From Eledone cirrhosa (lineage: Eukaryota), in contig OZ024742.1 in NCBI GenBank assembly GCA_964016885.1, positions 226,362,001 through 226,426,000 on the forward strand: a stretch of DNA of 64,000 nt. The letters run 5' to 3'. Below, one piece after another: positions 37,596 to 52,289 of this stretch. Both the position numbers and the translations under genes were made by a program. Numbering within the stretch: position 1 is the first letter of the stretch; each line of letters begins with the position of its first letter. The notes beneath the pieces were generated by a model. The model saw only the letters and a program-made list of their open reading frames with translations, searched no databases and had not been told where the DNA came from.

Positions 37596-38260
37596 GACCA
37601 GTGATGTATAAAGACATCTGATAGTCTGGTCCATCCACTATGACCAGTGATGTATAAAGACATCTGATAGTCTGGTCCATCCACTGTGACGAGTGATGTA
37701 TAAAGACATCTGATAGTCTGGTCCATCCACTGTGACCAGTGATGTATATGGACATCTGATAGTCTGGTCAATCTATTGTGACCAGTGGTGTATAAGGACA
37801 TCTGATAATCTGGTCACCCTACTGTGACCAGTGGTGTATAAGGACATCTGATAGTCTGGTCAATCTATTGTGACCAGTGATTTATAAGGGCATCTGATAG
37901 TCTGGTCAATCTGTTATGAACAGTGGTGTATAAGGACATCTTATAGTCTAGTCAATCTGTTATGACCAGTGATATATAAGGACATCTGATAGTCTGGTCA
38001 CTCTATTGAGACCAGTATTGTATAAGGATATCTGATAGTCTGGTCACTCCCCTGTGACCAGTATTGTATAAGGACATCTGATAGTCTGGTCAATCCATTA
38101 TGACCAGTGATATATGAGGACATCTGATAGTCTGGTCAATCTATTGTAACCAGTGATGTACAAGGACATCTGTAGTCTGGTCACTCCATTTTGACCCGTG
38201 ATGTATAAGGACATCTGATAGTCTGGTCACTCCATTATGACCAGTGATATATAAGGACAT
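37594..38260. repeat. 46-bp minisatellite, ~14.5 copies
   Basis: gtgaccagtgatgtataaggacatctgatagtctggtcaatctatt; gac(c/g) starts at 37596, 37642, 37688. Confidence 0.95.
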
Positions 38261-39421
38261 GCTTCAAACAGGGAAAGGATCGCTAGATCAAATGAGAGGA
38301 GACACGAAGAGCCGACTTCAAAGATGATTAGAAATTGAATCCCACCAACTATGTAATATTTTTTGACAGACAGCGTAAAATATTGGTAAAGTAATTTATA
38401 GGTCTAGAGAAACCAGATAAATCGTGTCTGCACCAAACTTCAAGAGATTTTACCATTTTCATATTAAAACCAGAAATTCTTCTCCAAAGGAAAGAAAACA
38501 GACATTTTTCTGTTAAGTTTTTCACTTGGTTACAAAATCAATAAAGCTGACCTCAGGAAATAATTGAATTCTTACTATTGTTCTTTCTTAGCAATTGACA
38601 TTATTGGTGTTAATGTTATTGGTGGCAATGTTGTCAGTTTGGTTTTGATGTTGTTAGTGGTAGTATTGGTGTTGTTGTTAATCTGGTAGTGGTGTTATTG
38701 CTGGTGTTGTTGTTGTTGTTAATCAGATAGTGGTGTTATTGCTGGTGTTGTTGCTGTCAGTGTGATTTTAATGTTCTATGGTGATAGTAGTGGCGATGTT
38801 GTCAGTCAGGTGTTGTTGTCAGTCTGGTGTTGTTAATGGCATTGTCAGTCACCGCTTTGGTGTTGTTAGTGCTGGTGATACTGTTGTCGGTGTTATTGCT
38901 AGTGGTCTTATTATTGGTGTTGTTGCTCTTAATGTTCTTATTGGTGATAGTAGTGGTGATGGTATTGTCACTCACGTTTTAGTGTTGTTAGTGCTGCTGA
39001 TGATGATGTTGTTGGTGTTGGTGTTGGTGCTGCTGTTGATGGTGGTGGTGTTGATGTCGTTGGTGGTAGTGGTGGGCTGTTGTCAGTTTATTGTTAGTGG
39101 TACTATTTTTGTCATTGTTACTGTTTCCTTATCTGAGGTGTTGGGGTTGCCATTGTTGCCATATTGTTATTGTCATTTAGGTGTTGGTATGAGTGTCACT
39201 GGAATTTATGTTTTTATATGGTAAATCGCCTGCCTGTAAATCAATGTATGTGTGTATGTATACATCTATACTTATAAACCTTTAACTTCATATATGTATA
39301 TTTGTTAACACATACACAAAACACTAACACTCCCTCTATATGCCTTCATATATGTAAGTACAGATTCACAAACACATATATACATACACAGACACTATAC
39401 TATACTATATATATATATATA

Positions 39422-40727
39422 CAGGGTACAGCCGATATTTGTTCTCAAGATTACTGTCTAGGAAAAAATAACACAGTAGTTTTATTTTTTAAGATATATT
39501 TATCAAACTTGGGTCAGTTTGTCTTCATGGCTTGTTCTTTCGATCTCACTTGATAAACCCACCATTGGCTTTGATGACGGCCTCAAGGCGGCCTCGGAAC
39601 CGGATACAGGCCTTCGTCACTGTCCCCCAACTTAGGCCCCTAAAGGCACTTGTGATCCTGGCCTTCAGATCGTCTTTTGTATTGCAGCTAGATCTGTTGG
39701 TGTCTCATTCCACTGCGCCCCACACAAAAAAGTTGAGGGGGTTGCAGTCAGGCAAGCTGGGAGGCCAGATGTCGGGTGAAGTGTGGTCGACGAAGTTCTC
39801 TGACAGCCAGGGTTGGGTCTTTCGGCTGGTATGGCAGGGCGGTGAGTCTTGCTGCCACACGTACGGCCTACCTGCAGCTACCTGGTCGATCCAGGGCTTT
39901 ACTACCTCGCTAAGAACGCGGATGTAGCCATCGGTGTTCAGCTTGAGGCCCTCAGGGAAGAAGTGAGGTGGCATTACGTCACCTTAACTTTTGACGACAC
40001 CTAAGACCAATGTTGTCGCTGGAAACTTTGTCTGCATGACTCTGGGCACATCTTTGGATGAGACAGCGAGCCATCTGTTGTTCTGGGAGTTGATCTCCTG
40101 GTCTTGGCAGAAGTTTTTCTCGTCAGAGAAAAACCACAGCATGTCTGGCTCCAGTGGGTGTTTCAACTTGTTGATCAGCTTCTTTGTGTGCTTCAGTCGC
40201 TTTACTTGCATTGCCTTTGACAGAAATTGTCCTTTCCTCATCTTGTATGAAACGTAGCGAATGTCTTCATGTACCACCAGCCTAATGAGCTTTTCATCCA
40301 CACCTTTCTCCCTTGCAATGGCACGCTTCGACTTGCTTGGTTCATTGTTGATGATATCCTGAACTTCAGTGACAAACTCGACGTTCTGAAGGCGTCAGAT
40401 CGTCGATCATGTGTTTTGCTCTCTGATGTTGCTTCGTAGTCGAATCCTGAATCTTCCAATTCCTTTCTGACCTTTTCCACCATTATCCTGCTGACGCTGA
40501 GAAAGTCTGAAATTTCCTTATTTGTCCTCCCCGCGCGGATTCCAAGAAGAACTCTGTGTCTCTTTCACAAATTTGGAGGTTCAAAATTATTCATAATCAA
40601 TTATTCTGAAAATAAATAATGGAAATATAGTCACTGTTTTTATGAAGACAAGAGTGACAACGGAAGTAAAAAAAATTTGCATAAAATTAGCAGTTGAAAA
40701 TGGCAAACAAATATCATCCACACCCTG
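39422..40727 (-). mobile_element. Full-length decayed Tc1/mariner transposon, DD37D (maT) family
   Basis: Imperfect TIRs CAGGGT..GATATTTGTT, TA flanks, 1306 bp. Confidence 0.9.
39546..40594 (-). pseudogene. DD37D transposase pseudogene
   Basis: WFFSDEKNF, WQQDSPPCH, then 37 residues to PDCNPL(N). The third Asp has become Asn (ctcgac>ctcaac). Frameshifts and stops are present; it ends VIKANGGFIK*. Confidence 0.9.
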
Positions 40728-40764
<37 letters not shown>

Positions 40765-40765
<1 letters not shown>

Positions 40766-40885
40766 AAGGCGTGTGGCTGAGTGGTAAGACAATTGGATTG
40801 CAAACGTGAGGTTGTGAGTTCGATTCCTGGACCAGGCGATGTGTTATGTCCTTGAGCAAGACACTTTATTTCACGTTGCTCCTTC
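40765..40885 (+). mobile_element. CORE-like SINE head (family B)
   Basis: A box TGGCTGAGTGG, B box GTTCGATTCC, then tgtccttgagcaagacacttt. Confidence 0.8.
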
Positions 40886-41105
40886 TACCTGGCATTACGA
40901 CCAATAGAGAGTATTAGCAATTGGAAAGACCAACAGAAACATTGTTTCCTCAGACCAATTTGACAAAAGTCAATCGACTGTCGATATATGATGATGATGT
41001 GTGTGTGTATTTATATAATATATATATATCCTTCATTTTTGTATTTTTTTTGTAATATCCTTCATGTGAAATCATGTTGAGATAGATATACATACTTTAG
41101 GAATC

Positions 41106-41153
41106 TCATGTTGCCAATAAAAACACATGCATGTGTTTTTATTGGCAACATGA
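41106..41153. repeat. Perfect 48-bp palindrome from the same element family as 30303-31147
   Basis: tcatgttgccaataaaaacacatg|catgtgtttttattggcaacatga, continuing as cccttccaaaatataacaat. Confidence 0.9.
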
Positions 41154-41550
41154 CCCTTCCAAAATATAACAATCAATATATATACACCAACATACATACA
41201 AATACACCTACACATATATATCATCATCACCATCATTTAACAGCTGCTTTTCCATACTAGCATGGTTTGGAAAGGTCGTCACAAACCAAGTGAGTACTTA
41301 ATCGGTGTTACCAACCACTTTACAGAGTGTACTGGGTGCATGTTATCATGTCACCAACACTAGAGCGGTTGTCATGTCCTTGTCACAAATGAAGTCTTCT
41401 CAACCTTTTGACTTGTTTTCTATATGTATACATACACACACACACAGTGTCTACCATATATATACACACACGCACATGCACACACACACACACACAATAT
41501 ATATATATATATAGAGAGAGAGACACACACAAACTCACATCACATAGACA

Positions 41551-41591
<41 letters not shown>

Positions 41592-42129
41592 TCAAATTAG
41601 TAGACATGACACATACATACTATTTATCAGACCTGGCAACCTCTAAAAACCTAAACAGAGTGTACCATGAAAAAAAGTGCCTCCAAAAGGGGAGAAATGA
41701 AGTAAAATGGGAAGATTTTACATAATGAAAGCTATACCCATTTTAACAAGAGAAGATATCTTTCACCTACCCCAAAGTGAGTGAGAGGTCTACCTCCTTG
41801 GAAGGGGAGAGTTGATAGGTCTGATTTATACTATATACATACATAAGCTATCAATCCATTTATCTATATATCAATATGTACATATATAAGTATTTGTTAC
41901 CAATAACTGCTGCTCCAATTACAACAGCAACTATTACTTTCATATAAGGTTATTCTAGTTACTGGTGTTGTCTTCTTATTATTTATTGTAAGGCGGTGGA
42001 TTGGCAGTATCGGTAGAGAGTCGGACGCCATGCTTTCCAGCATAGTTACGTCACTTAATTCCAACAGTTATCTTGTTTATGTTGCAGTTATCTTCCTTAA
42101 CTAAATCAGTCTTGTCTCTTCCATCTCCA

Positions 42130-45100
42130 CCACCATCATGACAACCAACAACATCATCACGATCACCATCATGACAACCAGCACCAACTCCATCATGACA
42201 ACCAACAACAACAACAACATCACCACCACCATCATGACAACCACCACCACCAACACCATCATGACAACCACCACCAAAACAACAACACCACCAACAACAC
42301 CACCACCACAAAAACAACAACCACCAACATCACTACATCATGACAAGGGCCACCAACAACAACAACACCACCACCATCATGACAACCACCAACACCACCA
42401 CCACCAAAACAACCACCACCAACAACACCACCATCATGACAACCACCACCACCAACAACAACAACACCACCAACAACAACACCAACAACACCACCAACAA
42501 CAACAACAACACCACCATCATGACAACCACCACCACCAACAACACCACCACCACCATCATGACATCCACCACCACCACCACCACCAACAACAACACCACC
42601 ACCAACAACAACACCAACAACACCACCACCAACAACAACAGCACCACCACAAAGAACACCACCACCAACAACACCACCACCATCATGACATCCACCACCA
42701 CCAACAACAACAACAACACCACCATCATGACATCCACCACCACCACCACCAACAACAACAACACCACCACCAACAACAACACCAACAACACCACCACCAC
42801 CACAAAGAACACCACCACCAACAACACCACCACCATCATGACATCCACCACCACCTCCACCAACAACAACAACACCACCATCATGACATCCACCACCACC
42901 ACCACCAACAACAACAACACCACCACCAACAACAACACCAACAACACCACCACCAACAACAACAACACCAACAACACCACCACCAACAACAACAACACCA
43001 CCACCAACAACAACAACACCAACAACACCACCACCAACAACAACAACACCACCACAAAGAACACCACCACCAACAACACCACCACCATCATGACAACCAC
43101 CACCAACAATAACAACATCACCACAAAGAACACCACCAACAACACCAACAACAACACCAACAACATCACCACTAGCACCACCACAACCACAACCAACAAC
43201 ACTACCAACAACATCACCACCATCATGAACCCACCAACATACCACTATCACCACCACAACCACTACCAACAACAACACTACATCAAACCACAACCAACAA
43301 CACCACCACCATCATGAACCCACCAACAACATCACCACTATCACCACCACAACCACTACCAACAACAACACTACATCAAACCACAACCAACAACCATCAA
43401 CACCACCAACAACATCAACACTATCACCACCACAACCACTACCAACAACCATCAACACCACCAACAACATCACCACTATCACCACCACAACCACTACCAA
43501 CAACAACACTACATCAAACCACAACCAACAACCATCAACACCACCAACAACATCAACACTATCACCACCACAACCACTACCAACAACCATCAACACCACC
43601 AACAACATCACCACTATCACCACCACAACCACTACCAACAACAACACTACATCAAACCACAACCAACAACCATCAACACCACCAACAACATCAACACTAT
43701 CACCACCACAACCACTACCAACAACCATCAACACCACCAACAACATCACCACTATCACCACCACAACCACTACCAACAACAACACTACATCAAACCACAA
43801 CCAACAACACCACCACCATCATGAACTCACCAACAACATCACCACTATCACCACCACAACCACTACCAACAACAACACTACATCAAACCACAACCAACAA
43901 CCATCAACACCACCAACAACATCACCACTATCACCACCACAACCACTACCAACAACAACACTACATCAAACCACAACCAACAGCACCAACAACACCACCA
44001 ACAACATCACCACTAGCACCACCACAACCACAACCAACAACAACGACTCTACATCAAACCACAACCAACAACACCAACAACACCACCAACAACATCACCA
44101 CTAGCACCACCACAACCACAACCAACAACAACGACTCTACATCAAACCACAACCAACAACACCAACAACACCACCAACAACATCACCACTAGCACCACCA
44201 CAACCACAACTAACAACAACGACTCTACATCAAACCACAACCAACAACACCAACAACACCACCAACAACATCACCACTAGCACCACCACAACCACAACCA
44301 ACAACACTACCAACAACATCACCACCATCATGAACCCACCAACATACCACTATCACCACCACAACCACTACCAACAACAACACTACATCAAACCACAACC
44401 AACAACACCACCACCATCATGAACCCACCAACAACATCACCACTATCACCACCACAACCACTACCAACAACAACACTACATCAAACCACAACCAACAACC
44501 ATCAACACCACCAACAACATCAACACTATCACCACCACAACCACTACCAACAACCATCAACACCACCAACAACATCAACACTATCACCACCACAACCACT
44601 ACCAGCAACAACAACACTACATCAAACCACAACCAACAACCATCAACACCACCAACAACATCAACACTATCACCACCACAACCACTACACTACATCAAAC
44701 CACAACCAACAACACCAACAACACCACCAACAACACCACCACCATCATGAACCCACCAACAACATCACCACTATCACCACCACAACCACTACCAACAACA
44801 ACACTACATCAAACCACAACCAACAACCATCAACACCACCAACAACATCAACACTATCACCACCACAACCACTACCAACAACCATCAACACCACCAACAA
44901 CATCAACACTATCACCACCACAACCACTACCAGCAACAACAACACTACATCAAACCACAACCAACAACCATCAACACCACCAACAACATCAACACTATCA
45001 CCACCACAACCACTACACTACATCAAACCACAACCAACAACACCAACAACACCACCAACAACACCACCACCATCATGAACTCACCAACAACATCACCACT

Positions 45101-46335
45101 ATCACCACCACAACCACTACCAACAACAACAACACTACATCAAATCACAACCAACAACACCAACAACACCACCAACAACATCACCACTATCACCACCACA
45201 ACCACAACCAACAACAACACTACATCAAACCACAACCAACAACACCACCACCATCATGAACCCACCAACAACATCACCACTCTCACCACCACAACCACTA
45301 CCAACAACAACACTACATCAAACCACAACCAACAACACCACCACCATCATGAACCCACCAACAACATCACCACTCTCACCACCACAACCACTACCAACAA
45401 CAACACCACATCAAACCACAACCAACAACACCACCACCATCATGAACCCACCAACAACATCACCACTATCACCACCACAACCACTACCAACAACAACACT
45501 ACATCAAACCACAACCAACAACCATCAACACCACCAACAACATCAACACTATCACCACCACAACCACTACCAACAACCATCAACACCACCAACAACATCA
45601 ACACTATCACCACCACAACCACTACCAGCAACAACAACACTACATCAAACCACAACCAACAACCATCAACACCACCAACAACATCAACACTATCACCACC
45701 ACAACCACTACACTACATCAAACCACAACCAACAACACCAACAACACCACCAACAACACCACCACCATCATGAACTCACCAACATCACCACTATCACCAC
45801 CACAACCACTACCAACAACAACAACACTACATCAAATCACAACCAACAACACCAACAACACCACCAACAACATCACCACTATCACCACCACAACCACAAC
45901 CAACAACAACACTACATCAAACCACAACCAACAACACCACCACCATCATGAACCCACCAACAACATCACCACTCTCACCACCACAACCACTACCAACAAC
46001 AACACTACATCAAACCACAACCAACAACACCACCACCATCATGAACCCACCAACAACATCACCACTCTCACCACCACAACCACTACCAACAACAACACCA
46101 CATCAAACCACAACCAACAACACCACCACCATCATGAACCCACCAACAACATCACCACTATCACCACCACAACCACTACCAACAACAACAACACCACAAC
46201 CACCAACACCACCAAAATAACCAGCACCACCACAAAAAAACAACCACCAACCAACAACACCAGCAACAACATCACCACCACAACCACTACCAACAACACC
46301 AGCATCACATCAAGCCACAAACAACACACAACAAC
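42130..46335. repeat. C/A-rich complex satellite ((CAC/CAA)n with CATCATGA and CTACATCAAACCACAA landmarks)
   Basis: Higher-order duplications with offsets 328 (44419/44747) and 695 (45075/45770). Confidence 0.95.
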
Positions 46336-46429
46336 GCCACCATTGCTGCTTGGCTAGCTAAGTATTAAATATAGTTGTTGATGCTGTTAAAAACCAAGTC
46401 TTTGATGATGGTGCTATACTGGTTAGAAA

Positions 46430-46467
46430 TACTACTACTACTACTACGACGACGACGACGACGACTA

Positions 46468-46502
<35 letters not shown>

Positions 46503-46520
46503 ATACCATGACATCTTGTC

Positions 46521-46588
<68 letters not shown>

Positions 46589-46655
46589 CAGTAGTAGTAT
46601 TAGTAGTAGTAGTAGTAGAAGTAACGGTAACAGTAGTAGTAGCAGTAACAGTAAC

Positions 46656-46722
<67 letters not shown>

Positions 46723-47007
46723 ATAGCAGTAGTAGTAGTAGTAGTTGTAGTAGTATCACTATGACCCTAGATCTATCACATCTACTCCCACTACTACAAC
46801 TCTAAGGTTTACAATTCTACTATTAGTACTACTGCTATTACTACTGCCACAACTCTGCTACTATTACTACTATTACAGCCAGAACTCTACTACTACTACT
46901 ACTTACACCATAATCACAGACACAACTACTATCATTACTGCCACCACCATCACTACCACCACCACCACCACCACCACTACTACCAACAACACTACCACCA
47001 CCATCAA

Positions 47008-47058
<51 letters not shown>

Positions 47059-47280
47059 CACCACCACCATCACCATGACCACCTCCATCAACACTACCAC
47101 CACTACCACCACCACCAACACCACCACCACCAACACCATTACTACCACCAAAACCACCACCACCAACACCACCACCACCAACACCATTACTACCACCAAC
47201 ACCACTACCACCACCACCACCACCACCACCACCACCACCACCACCACCACCACCAACATCACCACCACCACCACCACTAG
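46430..47280. repeat. (ACT)n/(AGT)n/(ACC)n tracts
   Basis: Direct inspection. Confidence 0.9.
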
Positions 47281-47359
47281 TGTCCTGGTTGATTTTGTTT
47301 TTGTGGCTGTTTCTTCACTTGACACTGTTACTACAGCTCACACGGCTTACTGTGTAACA

Positions 47360-50300
47360 TGATGATGTTGATGGTGGTGATAGTGGTGATGGTGTCATGG
47401 TGGTGGGGGTGGTGATGATGGTGTCATGGTGGTGCTGGTGATGGTGTCATGATGGTGATGATGGTGGTGATGGTGTCATGGTGGTGGTGATGGTGTCATG
47501 GTGGTGGTGGTGATGGTGTCATGATGGTGGTGGTGGTGGTGATGGTGTCATGGTGGTAGTGGTGGTGATGGTGTCATGGTGGTGGTGGTGGTGATGGTGT
47601 CATGGTGGTGGTGGTGATGGTGTCATGATGGTGGTGGTGATGGTGTCATGGTGGTACGGGTGGTGATGGTGTCATGATGGTGGTGGTGGTGATGGTGTCA
47701 TGATGGTGGTGATGGTGTCATGGTGGTGGTGGTGGTGATGGTGGTGATGGTGCCATGATGGTGGTGGTGGTGGTGATGGTGTCATGGTGGTACGGGTGGT
47801 GATGGTGTCATGATGGTGGTGGTGGTGATGGTGTCATGATGGTGGTGGTGGTGGTGATGGTGTCATGGTGGTAGTGGTGGTGGTGATGGTGTCATGATGG
47901 TGGTGATGGTGGTGATGGTGTCATGGTGGTGGTGGTGGTGGTGGTGGTGTCATGATGGTGGTGGTGGTGATGGTGTCATGATGGTGGTGATGGTGGTGGT
48001 GGTGTCATGGTGGTGGTGGTGGTGGTGGTGATGGTGTCATGATGGTGGTGGTGGTGGTGATGGTGTCATGGTGGTGGTGGTGATGGTGTCATGATGGTGG
48101 TGGTGGTGGTGATGGTGTCATGGTGGTAGTGGTGGTGATGGTGTCATGATGGTGGTGATGGTGGTGATTGTGTCATGATGGTGGTGATGGTGGTGATGGT
48201 GTCATGGTGGTAGTGGTGGTGATGGTGTCATGATGGTGGTGATGGTGGTTATGGTGTCATGATGGTGGTGGTGGTGGTGATGGTGTCATGGTGGTAGTGG
48301 TGGTGATGGTGTCATGATGGTGGTGGTGGTGGTGGTGGTGGTGTCATGATGGTGGTGGTGGTGATGGTGTCATGGTGGTGGTGGTGGTGATGGTGTCATG
48401 ATTGTGGTGGTGGTGATGGTGTCATCGTGGTGGTAGTGGTGGTGGTGGTGATGGTGTCATCATGATGGTAGTGGTGGTGGTGGTGGTGATGGTGTCATGG
48501 TGATGGTGGTGGTGGTGGTGGTGATGGTGTCATGATGGTGGTGGTGGTGGTGATGGTGTCATGGTGGTAGTGGTGGTGATGGTGTCATGATGGTGGTGGT
48601 GGTGGTGGTGGTGGTGTCATGATGGTGGTGGTGGTGATGGTGTCATGGTGGTGGTGGTGGTGATGGTGTCATGATTGTGGTGGTGGTGATGGTGTCATCG
48701 TGGTGGTAGTGGTGGTGGTGGTGATGGTGTCATCATGATGGTAGTGGTGGTGGTGGTGGTGATGGTGTCATGGTGATGGTGGTGGTGGTGGTGGTGATGG
48801 TGTCATGGTGGTGGTGGTGGTGATGGTGTCATGGTGATGGTGGTGGTGATGGTGTCATGGTGGTGGTGGTGATGGTGTCATGGTGATGGTGGTGGTGATG
48901 GTGATGGTGTCATGGTGATGGTGGTGGTGATGGTGTCATGGTGGTGGTGGTGATGGTGTCATGATGGTGGTGGTGGTGGTGATGGTGTCATGGTGATGGT
49001 GGTGGTGATGGTGTCATGGTGGTGGTGGTGATGGTGTCATGGTGATGGTGGTGGTGATGGTGATGGTGTCATGGTGATGGTGGTGGTGATGGTGTCATGG
49101 TGGTGGTGGTGATGGTGTCATGATGGTGGTGGTGGTGGTGGTGGTGTCATGGTGGTGGTGATGGTGTCATGGTGGTGGTGGTGGTGATGGTGTCATGGTG
49201 GTGATGGTGTCATGGTGGTGGTGGTGGTGATGGTGTCATGATGGTGGTGGTGGTGGTGGTGGTGTCATGATGGTGGTGGTGGTGATGGTGTCATGGTGGT
49301 AGTGGTGGTGATGGTGTCATGATGGTGGTGGTGGTGATGGTGTCATGGTGGTGATGGTGGTGATGGTGTCATGATGGTGGTGGTGGTGATGGTATCATGG
49401 TGATGGTGGTGGTGATGGTGTCATGATGGTGGTGGTGGTGGTGGTGGTGATGGTGTCATGATGGTGATAGTGGTGATGGTGTCATGATGGTGGTGGTGGT
49501 GGTGGTGTCATCGTGATGGTGGTGGTGGTGGTGATGGTGTCATGATGGTGGTGGTGGTGGTGATGGTGTCATGATGGTGGTGGTGGTGGTGATGGTGTCA
49601 TAATGGTGCTGGTGGTGATGGTGTCATGATGGTGGTGGTGGTGGTGATGGTGTCATGATGGTGGTGGTGGTGGTGATGGTGTCATGATGGTGGTGGTGGT
49701 GATGGTGTCATGATGGTGATGGTGGTGGTGGTGTCATGATGGTGATGGTGGTGTCATGATGGTGATGGTGTCATGATGGTGATGATTGTGATGGTGGTGG
49801 TGGTGTCATCGTGATGGTGGTGATGGTGGTGATGGTGTCATGATGGTGGTGGTGGTGGTGGTGATGGCGTCATGATGGTGGTGGTGGTGGTGATGGTGTC
49901 ATGATGGTGGTGGTGGTGGTGATGGTGTCATGATGGTGGTGGTGGTGGTGGTGGTGTCATGATGGTGGTGGTGGTGATGGTGTCATGGTGGTAGTGGTGG
50001 TGATGGTGTCATGATGGTGGTGGTGGTGATGGTGTCATGATGGTGGTGGTGGTGGTGATGATGTCATGATGGTGCTGGTGGTGATGGTGTCATGATGGTG
50101 ATGGTGGTGGTTGTGTCATGATGGTGATGGTGGTGTCATGATGGTGATGGTGTCATGATGGTGATGATGGTGATGGTGGTGGTGGTGTCATGATGGTGAT
50201 GGTGGTGATGGTGTCATGGTGTCATGATGGTGGAAGTGATTATGGTGTCATGATGATGGTGTTGGTGGTGTCATGAGGATGACAGTGACGGTGGTGGTGG

Positions 50301-50610
50301 TGGTGGTGGTGGTGGTGATTATAGTGTCATGATGATGATTATAAATAGTGTTGTGATGATGGTCATAGTGATGATGATGGTGGTGGTGATGGTGTTAACA
50401 CTATTACAGCTAACACTCTACATATAATTGATGATGATGATGGTGGTGTTGGAGTGATGATGATGATGATGATGATAGTGATGACGGTGGTGGTGGTGTC
50501 ATGATGACGGTGGTGGTGATGATGATGGTGATGATAGTGATGACGGTGGTGGTGATGTCATGATGACGGTGGTGGTGGTGGTGGTGGTGGTGATGACAGA
50601 CATGATGATG
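47360..50610. repeat. Satellite GATGGTGTCAT(GGT/GAT)n
   Basis: Fixed core with a variable triplet count; 273-bp higher-order duplication (gtcatcg at 48421 and 48694). Confidence 0.95.
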
Positions 50611-50659
50611 TTAACACCACTATTACAGCTGACTACCTTTATTCAATGAAGAAGATGAT

Positions 50660-50744
50660 GATGATGGTGGTGGTGGGTAGTAGTTGTGGTAGTAGTAGTG
50701 GTGGTGGTAGTTATGGTGCTGGTGGCAGTTATGGTGCTGGTGGC

Positions 50745-50829
<85 letters not shown>

Positions 50830-50833
50830 GCGG

Positions 50834-50894
<61 letters not shown>

Positions 50895-50952
50895 GGTGGA
50901 GGTGGCGGTGGTGGTAGAAGTAGTAGTAGTAGTAGTTGTTGTCGTGGTGGTG

Positions 50953-51026
<74 letters not shown>

Positions 51027-51099
51027 CGTATTGGTAGTGGTGATGGTGGTGGTGGTGGTAGAAGTAGTAGTAGTAGTAGTTGTTGTCGTGGTGGTGGTG

Positions 51100-51143
<44 letters not shown>

Positions 51144-51171
51144 CGTATTGGTAGTGGTGATGGTGGTGGTG

Positions 51172-51224
<53 letters not shown>

Positions 51225-51243
51225 TGTTGTCGTGGTGGTGGTG

Positions 51244-51287
<44 letters not shown>

Positions 51288-51315
51288 CGTATTGGTAGTG
51301 GTGATGGTGGTGGTG

Positions 51316-51368
<53 letters not shown>

Positions 51369-51406
51369 TGTTGTCGTGGTGGTGGTGGTGGTTGGTGTTG
51401 GTGATG

Positions 51407-51453
<47 letters not shown>

Positions 51454-51520
51454 TATAGCAGCAGTAGTAGTAGAGGAAGTAGTAGTAATAGTTATAGCAG
51501 CAGCAGCAGCAGCAGTAGTA
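50660..51520. repeat. (AGT)n/(GGT)n tract with ~120-bp higher-order units
   Basis: cgtattggtagtggtgatgg recurs at ~51027, 51144 and 51288. Confidence 0.9.
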
Positions 51521-51524
51521 GTTA

Positions 51525-51715
51525 ACATTGAGCACACAGACATATGAATGAAAGGGATTCCTTCCATGACCATCCAGTTCTTATCATATATGTACAGAGA
51601 ACACAGATCCTCGTTCTCCAATGTGTCCTTTAAGTCTGCTGGGTAGGATTTGAGGGATTTGGCTGCTATTTCGGGGAGGCCGAGTAACCACATAAGAGTT
51701 CCTTTGTTGGTTCCT
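51525..51715. other. Complex-sequence islet within the satellite, probably an interspersed-repeat fragment
   Basis: Non-microsatellite sequence (gggattccttccatgacc...tttgagggatttggctgctattt); family not confirmed. Confidence 0.45.
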
Positions 51716-52289
51716 GCTGTGGTTGTAGTAGTAGATGATGGTGGTGGTGGTGGTGGTGTAGTAGTAGTAGATGGTGGTAGTGGTGGTAATGGTGGTAATG
51801 GTGGTGATGGTGGTGGTGGTGGTGGTGTAGTAGTAGTAGATGGTGGTAGTGGTGGTAATGGTGGTAATGGTGGTGATGGTGGTGGTGGTGGTGGTAATGG
51901 TGGTGGTGGTGGTGGTGGTGGTGGTGTAGTAGTAGTAGATGGTGGTAGTGGTGGTAATGGTGGTGATGGTGGGGTGGTGGTGGTGGTGGTGGTGGTAATG
52001 GTGGTGATGGTGGTGGTGGTGGTGGTGTAGTAGTAGTAGTAGATGGTGGTAGTGGTGGTAATGGTGGTGATGGTGGTCATGGTGGTGGTGGTGGTGTAGT
52101 AGTAAATGGTGGTAGTGGTGGTAATGGTGGAGATGGTGGTGGTGGTGGTGTAGTAGCAGATGGTGGTAGTAGTGGTAATGGTGGTGGTGGTGTAGTAGCA
52201 GATGGTGGTAGTGGTGGTAATGGTGGTGATGGTGTAGTAGTAGATGGTGGTAGTGGTGGTAATGGTGGTGATGGTGGTGGTGGTGGTGT

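Noticed and set aside
40765-40835. tRNA gene
   Set aside because: A and B boxes are present, but there is no full cloverleaf and it continues into a SINE core.
42138-52080. Poly-T/H/Q/V/S/G ORFs
   Set aside because: These are translations of triplet repeats, open in several frames on both strands.
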